This document shows, in pieces, positions 58,447-64,000 of a stretch of DNA of 64,000 bases (within the stretch, counting starts at the first letter, position 1; the number at the start of each line of letters is the position of its first letter). The DNA is from Myxococcales bacterium (GTDB taxonomy: Bacteria; Myxococcota_A; Polyangia; Polyangiales; DASUME01). Under the pieces are notes generated by a model that searched no databases, was not told where the DNA came from, and saw only the letters and a program-made list of their open reading frames with translations. The DNA is taken from assembly GCA_047601445.1 (NCBI GenBank), contig JASGJH010000001.1, positions 2,784,001 to 2,848,000 on the forward strand. The letters are read 5' to 3'. A program made the translations under genes and the position numbers.

Positions 58447-59673
58447 GTGCGTCGCCGCGCCCTCACCATCTCGGTGATCGATGGGCTCATGCACGCCGTG
58501 ATGCTCGGATTCACCGAGAATTACCTGAGTGCATTGGCGGTGGAGCTCGGTCACGGCGCGCGTCACCAGGCGCTGCTCACGAGCTTGCCCGTGCTAGCGG
58601 GGGCGATGTCGCAGCTCCTGGCACCGGCCTTCACGCGCCTGTTCGGCAGCCGCAAGCGCTTCGTGGTGGCATGCGCGGCGCTCCAGGCGCTGACGCACCT
58701 GTGGTTCATCTCGATCGCGGAGCACGAGGAGCGCGCGCTCGCGCCGTTCTTGATCGCGAAGGTGTTGTACTTCGTGGGTGGGAACATGCTGATCCCCGCC
58801 TGGAGCGCGTGGATGGCGAGCCTCACGGCCGGCGGTGGGCGTGAGCGCTACTTCGCGCTGCGCTCGGGGGCGATCCAGGTAGCGCTGCTGCTCGCCTTCG
58901 GCGCGGGCGCCTACGGACTCGACGCCAGCTCCACCCGCGCAGGCATCCTCAGCGTGTACGCGCAGCTGTTCTGGATCGGCTTGTTCGCGCGCACGGCGAG
59001 CTCCCTGCTCCTGGCCGCGCAGCACGACCCCGAGCCTGCTCCCTGCGAGCAACGACCGCTGCGCATCGGTGAGGCTCTCCTGCGCTGCGACTTCCGCGTC
59101 GCCATCTACCTCACGCTGCTCTACTTCGGCACCTTCATCGCGTCGCCCTTCTTCGTGCCGTGGTGGCTGCACGAGCTCAAGCTCAGCTACCACCAGTACG
59201 CCGTGTTGATGGGCACCGCGATCCTGGCGCGCGTGGTCACGGTGCCCCGCCTCCACCGCATCGCGGCGCGCTGGGGCATGACTCACTTGCTCTATGCGGC
59301 TGGCTTCGGGGCCACGTTCCTACCCATGGCCTGGGCGTGCTCGAGTTCGTTCAGTACTTTCCTGCTGATCCAGGTCGCGAGCGGCACGATCTGGGGAGCC
59401 ATCGAGTACGCCAGCTTCCAGCTCCTGCTCGAGAGCAGCCACGAGGAGACCCGCCTCGAATTCCTGTCGATCGCCGGAACGTTGATGGGACTCGGACAGC
59501 TCGGAGGTTCCCTGGTGGGAGGCGCTCTGCTCGATCAGGCTGGACTCCCCTATCCCACCGTGTTCGGCATCTCCAGCGTGATCCGGGCGATCCCGCTGGT
59601 GCTCGCCTTTGCCCTCCCACACGCAGGACGGGTCGGTCGAACTCTGGTAGAAAAGGCGCGCACTCGAGCTTGA
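58447..59673 (+). CDS. MFS transporter
   Basis: About 12 hydrophobic segments; FGSRKR and RERYFALR loop motifs. Confidence 0.85.
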   Translation: MRRRALTISVIDGLMHAVMLGFTENYLSALAVELGHGARHQALLTSLPVLAGAMSQLLAPAFTRLFGSRKRFVVACAALQALTHLWFISIAEHEERALAPFLIAKVLYFVGGNMLIPAWSAWMASLTAGGGRERYFALRSGAIQVALLLAFGAGAYGLDASSTRAGILSVYAQLFWIGLFARTASSLLLAAQHDPEPAPCEQRPLRIGEALLRCDFRVAIYLTLLYFGTFIASPFFVPWWLHELKLSYHQYAVLMGTAILARVVTVPRLHRIAARWGMTHLLYAAGFGATFLPMAWACSSSFSTFLLIQVASGTIWGAIEYASFQLLLESSHEETRLEFLSIAGTLMGLGQLGGSLVGGALLDQAGLPYPTVFGISSVIRAIPLVLAFALPHAGRVGRTLVEKARTRA

Positions 59674-59708
59674 CATAGGCCGCCAGCAGGTTATTTTTGC
59701 TCGCCTTT

Positions 59709-59784
59709 TCCGAGATAGCTCAGTCGGTAGAGCGTTCGGCTGTTAACCGAATGGTCCCTGGTTCGAGTCCAGGTCTCGGAGCCA
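59709..59784 (+). tRNA. tRNA-Asn (GTT)
   Basis: 76-nt cloverleaf TCCGAGA…TCTCGGA-G-CCA, anticodon loop CTGTTAA, T loop TTCGAGT; upstream TTGACA at 59670. Confidence 0.97.
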
Positions 59785-60185
59785 CGCAAGAGGGCCCAGC
59801 TTACGCTGGGCCCTTTTTGCGTTTCTCCTCGAACTGGCCTCGTGGATGGTCGAGCTGGCAAAGCCAGCTCGACGACGCACCGCGAGGCCAGTTTCCTTTG
59901 CTCGCGAGGTCGAGGCGCGCTGAGGCGGGTGGGCTCGAGTGGGCATTACCTCGCGGGCGCAGTACTCGCCGATGCGGGCCCGGAGCAGGTCGCGGAGCTG
60001 CTGCTCGCGGACTTCGTAGAGCTCGGCTGAGACGAGCACCTTGTCGCGCTCGTGCTCAGCGAGCTGCCCCTGGACGCTCTCAAGGCCCGCCACTCCCATG
60101 CGAGCCAGGACGCCCACCAGGTTCTTGATGCCCGCCTCTGGCTCCTGAAGACGGGCTTCGAGAGCCGACTCCTTGGTACGCAAAC
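59743..60185 (-). pseudogene. C-terminal remnant of a probable large serine recombinase
   Basis: Coiled coil LEARLQE..AGIKNLVGVLARMG…SVQGQLAEHERDK; ORF runs antisense into the tRNA ending WLRDLDSNQ; no catalytic domain. Confidence 0.5.
59791..59818 (+). terminator. Intrinsic terminator after tRNA-Asn
   Basis: AGGGCCCAGC-TTAC-GCTGGGCCCT followed by TTTT. Confidence 0.9.
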
Positions 60186-60397
60186 AAGACTGAGATTCGT
60201 GACGTTGCATCGCCTGTGTTGCCCACGAGGCCGCTGATGGCGCAGGAGATCCCGGTAGCCGGCGCCCGCACCTGCACCGTTACGCTATAGGCCGTGTCGG
60301 GAAGCACGGTGGTGGGAAGCATAAACGTGCCCCTCGCACTGAGCGTGCCGGCCGTCGCGTCGCTGAGCACGACCTTGACGCCATCGGAGAGCTGGGC

Positions 60398-61480
60398 CTA
60401 GCCACCGATAGCGAGCTTCGGTAGGCAAAACTGCTTCTGTGGATCACAGTAGTAGTTCTCTCGGCAGTCGGCGGACGAGGAACAGTTCGTCAAGCACATG
60501 AACTGGCCGCTGTCGTTGTCCTGCGCGCAGACGCTGGCCGCGTCGCAGCTGTACTCGCCCTTCAATCGATCGAGATAGCAAGCAGTGGCGCAGAAGCCTC
60601 CCCAGAAACCGTCGTCCTCGGTCAGGCATGTGCCCCTCACACAGTCCTGGGGCCCCGTACACGGCAGGCCTTGCTGCGAGAAATACCCTTCAGGCGGGCC
60701 GCTACCGCAACCGACGACGACGTTGGTGACGTCTTTGTCCACAGTGCCCGTGCCGTTCAGCACCTGGCACTTGGCACCCGTGCTCGTGCTTGCGGTGACG
60801 TCATAGGTCGACCCGCTCTTGACGTGCTTGGGAAGGAAGAACGCACCTTCGGCGCTCGCTGTCGCCGAGCCGCCTTGCGAGTCCTTGATCGTGACCGTCT
60901 GTCCCGCAGGGATGCCTTGCACCGTGCCTTTGATCTCGTAGCCGGTGAAGCACACAGAATCGCTTCCGTCTGCGTAGCAAAGGTAGTCCGGTCGACCGCA
61001 GTCCGCGTTGGTGGCGCAGCGGCGGAGGCAAGCCGCGTCGTACCCCTTGTCGTCGAGAGCGGTACAGAGGGTCTGGTCGCCACAGCCTGAGTACCCGTGG
61101 CACGACTTGCCGCAATAGCCACCTCTGTACTCCGGGTGCGCGGCCTGCGTGACGCACTCGGTGGTGCAATCGCTATCCGAAGTGCAGGGACCACCGGCCT
61201 CTTGCAGGCTGAGCGTATTGTGAAAGGCAGCACCGCCATCGCCAGCGTCGTGGTCGCCAGCGTCGCCATCGCCGTGCGCGTCGCCATCGCCGTGCGCATC
61301 GCCATCGCCGTGCGCGTCGCCATCGCCGTGCGCGTCGCCATCGCCGTGCGCGTCGCCATCGCCGTGCGCGTCGCCGGGGAGCCTCCCTCCATCATGCACT
61401 GCCGCCGACGACTTAGAATCGCCGCCACAGCCCACCGAGCCGAGCACAGCGCACAACCAAACCATCCGTGCCTTCTTCAT
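60398..61480 (-). CDS. Lipoprotein with GDAHGD repeats, Cys-rich modules and Ig-like domain; apparently truncated by an in-frame TAG
   Basis: Lipobox SVGC; GGYCGKSC and GGFCATAC modules; the frame continues into a second Ig-like domain after the stop. Confidence 0.8.
   Translation of the reverse strand: MKKARMVWLCAVLGSVGCGGDSKSSAAVHDGGRLPGDAHGDGDAHGDGDAHGDGDAHGDGDAHGDGDAHGDGDAGDHDAGDGGAAFHNTLSLQEAGGPCTSDSDCTTECVTQAAHPEYRGGYCGKSCHGYSGCGDQTLCTALDDKGYDAACLRRCATNADCGRPDYLCYADGSDSVCFTGYEIKGTVQGIPAGQTVTIKDSQGGSATASAEGAFFLPKHVKSGSTYDVTASTSTGAKCQVLNGTGTVDKDVTNVVVGCGSGPPEGYFSQQGLPCTGPQDCVRGTCLTEDDGFWGGFCATACYLDRLKGEYSCDAASVCAQDNDSGQFMCLTNCSSSADCRENYYCDPQKQFCLPKLAIGG
61262..61374 (-). repeat. 18-bp coding tandem repeat (GDAHGD x5)
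   Basis: GTCGCCATCGCCGTGCGC repeated on the + strand. Confidence 0.92.
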
Positions 61481-61747
61481 CGCTACGCCGCTTACCGGGT
61501 TTGCGATCAGCTCGCTATCCACAAAGCGAAACGAAGTTGCGAAAGAGAGCGTGCGCACTTCGGTGCCCGAGGACGGGTTGGAGCCAGACGTACAATGTGC
61601 TGGCTGCCAGAAGCATCCGGTGATCTGGCTTTCCCGAATCGCCGCGGCCGCGAGCGGCACCGCCGCGACTGGCCGCTAGCCGTTGATAGGGAAGATGCGA
61701 TTCTTCCTGCACGGGTCAGCTCAGGCTCAACGGGCAAGTCCTGTGAG

Positions 61748-61890
61748 TCAGCCTGCGAGCAGCGCGTCGACCTGCTGGTAGCAAGCTTCCATGCCCTGAT
61801 CCATGCCCGATGCGATCGCGCCGTCACGCGCCTCCTTGACGGCATAGGTCTGCGTGATGCGCATCAGCGTGGTGCCGTCCTGCTCGGAAC
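61748..61890 (-). pseudogene. C-terminal fragment of an SRPBCC/AHSA1-like protein
   Basis: SEQDGTTLMRITQTY..KEARDGAIASGMDQGMEACYQQVDALL; N-terminal part not recognisable. Confidence 0.7.
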
Positions 61891-62295
61891 TTCGTGCTGT
61901 TCCACCAGCGAGCCGATGGTCTGTCCGGAGTTCAGCGAACGTGAGCTGGCGAGGGCGGAGATGCCGGCTCCAGCGCTTGTGCCGGCCACGACTAGGCGTT
62001 TTGCTGGAACCGCCTCCTGGATCATCCCGCGATGCCCCTGCTCCAACGCGGGCGCGACGGAACATGTTCAAAACGGATCACCGGTAAACAACCGCCCCCG
62101 TGGTGACTCGCTCTATCGCCCCCTTGAACGGCCTCGCGCGCCCGCTCGGACTCCCGCTTCCTCCAGGCCCAGTGCGCAGGGTGTGCAGGTCGAGCGCGTC
62201 ATGGGACCGCGCGCCAAAAGCCGGATTCGCGTTCGCCGAAGAACGGGCCTTGCTGCCGCCTCGACGGTTTCGCTTCGCAGTTTTCCGTCGTGCGA

Positions 62296-63030
62296 TCACG
62301 AGGGACGCACGAAGTAGGACTGCCGGTGCCCTCGCGCTTCGAAGGTTCTCTGCATGGACACCGCCTTGGCGCGGCAGCGCAGGGTTTCCATGAGCACCTC
62401 GTTGCCATTATCGTCGAGGCGCCAGAGTTCCCAGCGCGGCAACACCGCGAGGGAGACCGCTGCATCCAGATGCACCAAGTCGGCATCATCGATAGCGAAT
62501 GTCTCGAAGACGTCGAGCACCGTTTCCAACAAATCGTCTGAGGCCAGCTTGCACACGGCGACCGTCGGAGGGTCACCATGGCCGGCAAGCGCCGCGCGAA
62601 GAAAGAGCGGTCGACCGGTAGCAGGGCACGCCACTTGGGCCCCTTCATACCAACCCAAGCCGTTGACCCAGAATCGGGCCGCTGATTCGCGTGCGCGCGC
62701 GCTCATCCAGTCAGATAGGTGGCCGGGAAGCAACGCGAAGGGAACGTCGCCTCCGCGGAAAGCTTCGCCTTCTGTGAGCCAACGAAGGTAGGCGCGCAGA
62801 TCCTGATCGCGAACCGTCGCCTCTTGGTCCAGGTGGTAGATGCTGTCGAATACTGTCGCTGCCGTACCGTGGCGTAGGAACGGACTTCCCTGTCCTGCCT
62901 GTTCGGGCCAAGTCGTACGGGCCCAAACCGCAACCTCTTCACGGCTCGAGCACCCTTGAAGCAGCCCGTCCAAGAGCTCGATCATCCTCCGCACCAGCAG
63001 TTGCTGCTCTGCGTGTCTGTCGGGAGTCAT
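62296..63030 (-). CDS. Hypothetical protein with C-terminal WxLxRxDDNGN…RGHxQxY small domain
   Basis: 244-aa ORF; the C-terminal 45 aa resemble a small stand-alone actinobacterial SPOR-like family. Confidence 0.65.
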   Translation of the reverse strand: MTPDRHAEQQLLVRRMIELLDGLLQGCSSREEVAVWARTTWPEQAGQGSPFLRHGTAATVFDSIYHLDQEATVRDQDLRAYLRWLTEGEAFRGGDVPFALLPGHLSDWMSARARESAARFWVNGLGWYEGAQVACPATGRPLFLRAALAGHGDPPTVAVCKLASDDLLETVLDVFETFAIDDADLVHLDAAVSLAVLPRWELWRLDDNGNEVLMETLRCRAKAVSMQRTFEARGHRQSYFVRPS

Positions 63031-63120
63031 GATGAGCGGGTCACAATCCTTCGAGTTCGTGGTTTTTGAAGCGACACATGCGGGAGAGTGGAGCGACGTC
63101 TCGCCAGCCAGCCCTCCCCT

Positions 63121-63501
63121 TCACACGGCACTCATGTGGCCTTCGAGCCGTCCTGCGATCGCGGCAATCTCTGCGCGCCCCACGATGATCTGGTCGATCA
63201 AGAATCGTTCGGCGTCGTCGGCGCTGACTCGCACGCGATAGCCGTTCATGCGCAAGAACACCATGCTCGATGCCCAGGCGACCCGCTTGTTGCCGTCGAC
63301 GAAGGCGTGGTTCATGGCGAAGCTTTGCAAGAGCGCAGCCGCTTGTTCGCTGAGACTGTTGTAGTAACCAGAGCGGGCGCGGGCGAGCGCGCTCTCCACC
63401 AACCCTTTGTCGCGCACACCCGGTGCGCCACCGTGGCGTGCGATCAAGGCAGTGTGCAGAGTGAGGACTTCCTCGAGGGAGAGGTAGAGGGTTGTGTCCA
63501 T
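63121..63501 (-). CDS. doc: Death-on-curing (Doc/Fic) family toxin
   Basis: GVRDKGLVESALAR and HAFVDGNKRVA Doc motif. Confidence 0.93.
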   Translation of the reverse strand: MDTTLYLSLEEVLTLHTALIARHGGAPGVRDKGLVESALARARSGYYNSLSEQAAALLQSFAMNHAFVDGNKRVAWASSMVFLRMNGYRVRVSADDAERFLIDQIIVGRAEIAAIAGRLEGHMSAV

Positions 63502-63503
63502 AC

Positions 63504-63719
63504 TCAGCGCGCCAAGCGCTCTAACAGCTCATCGTGATCTTGGAGGACCTCGTCCATCGCGGATCGAAACGCAGGTCGCACGTGAACACGGTCAAGGTAC
63601 TCCCGAACGGCATCGTCCAGCAGCGCCGAGATCGATCGTCCGCTCGCGTCCGCATGTTCACGCAACGACCGAAGGAGCTCTCGATCCATCTGCGACGCAA
63701 ACTTCTCAGCCTTTGCCAT
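63504..63719 (-). CDS. Ribbon-helix-helix (CopG-like) antitoxin
   Basis: KFASQMDRELLRSLREHADASGRSISALLDDAVREYL; C-terminal HDELLERLA; 2 nt upstream of doc. Confidence 0.85.
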   Translation of the reverse strand: MAKAEKFASQMDRELLRSLREHADASGRSISALLDDAVREYLDRVHVRPAFRSAMDEVLQDHDELLERLAR

Positions 63720-64000
63720 CCCTCTAGCTTCCGATGCGACCAGGCCGCTTTCAAGACGTTTCATGAACTTTCTCGATTTGGACAAAATCCACATATTTAC
63801 GGCAACTTGAGATGATACTCGCCAACGATCGTGGCCCGGGGTTGGCCATCGCGCTGCCACAACCCAGGTTCGATAAACCGAGGGCTCGGGGGGCGCTGAG
63901 GCGAGTGGGCTCCCGGGGCGCAGGCCCTGGGCACCCGAGGGCACGAGTCCTGGTGGGGGCTCGTGCCGAGCTCAACTCACCGCGCGAGATCGCCGCGACT

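Noticed and set aside
59697..60128. Plus-strand ORF overlapping the tRNA
   Set aside because: It is a translation of the tRNA gene and terminator.
60398..60400. Pyrrolysine or genome-wide TAG recoding
   Set aside because: Many intact genes here end in TAG at expected positions, and no pyl genes are visible.

Overview
GC-rich bacterial chromosomal window. Gene content points to Myxococcota, probably Polyangiales-like: a MYXO-CTERM protein, a GltJ/AgmX-like zinc-ribbon-GYF protein, TSP3-OmpA, roadblock and DUF4388 proteins, and sigma54 promoters. This assignment is an inference. Housekeeping genes include etfBA, pepA, comEA, hisG, lnt, NAD kinase, an Fpg/Nei glycosylase, atoE, RNase Z-like, dapA and tRNA-Asn. 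Most notable observations: (1) a complete coenzyme F420 biosynthesis set (cofG, cofH, cofC, cofD, cofE plus Fno/NpdG) in two blocks around a NUDIX-NAD kinase pair, with a short CofE and no dehydro-F420 reductase domain in the window; (2) a translationally coupled TraB-like barrel/TSP3/OmpA gene plus a Cys-rich MYXO-CTERM gene, resembling a traAB kin-recognition locus in reversed order; (3) a helically phased array of DnaA-box-like motifs with no dnaA nearby; (4) a structured RNA candidate upstream of dapA; (5) a roughly 1460-aa internally duplicated membrane protein with an internal signal peptide; (6) a polyprenol-linked glycosylation cluster; (7) three kinds of intergenic repeats; (8) a decaying island beside tRNA-Asn, with a serine-recombinase remnant, an amber-interrupted lipoprotein and a Doc toxin-antitoxin pair. 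All calls come from motif recognition by eye; no database searches were run.
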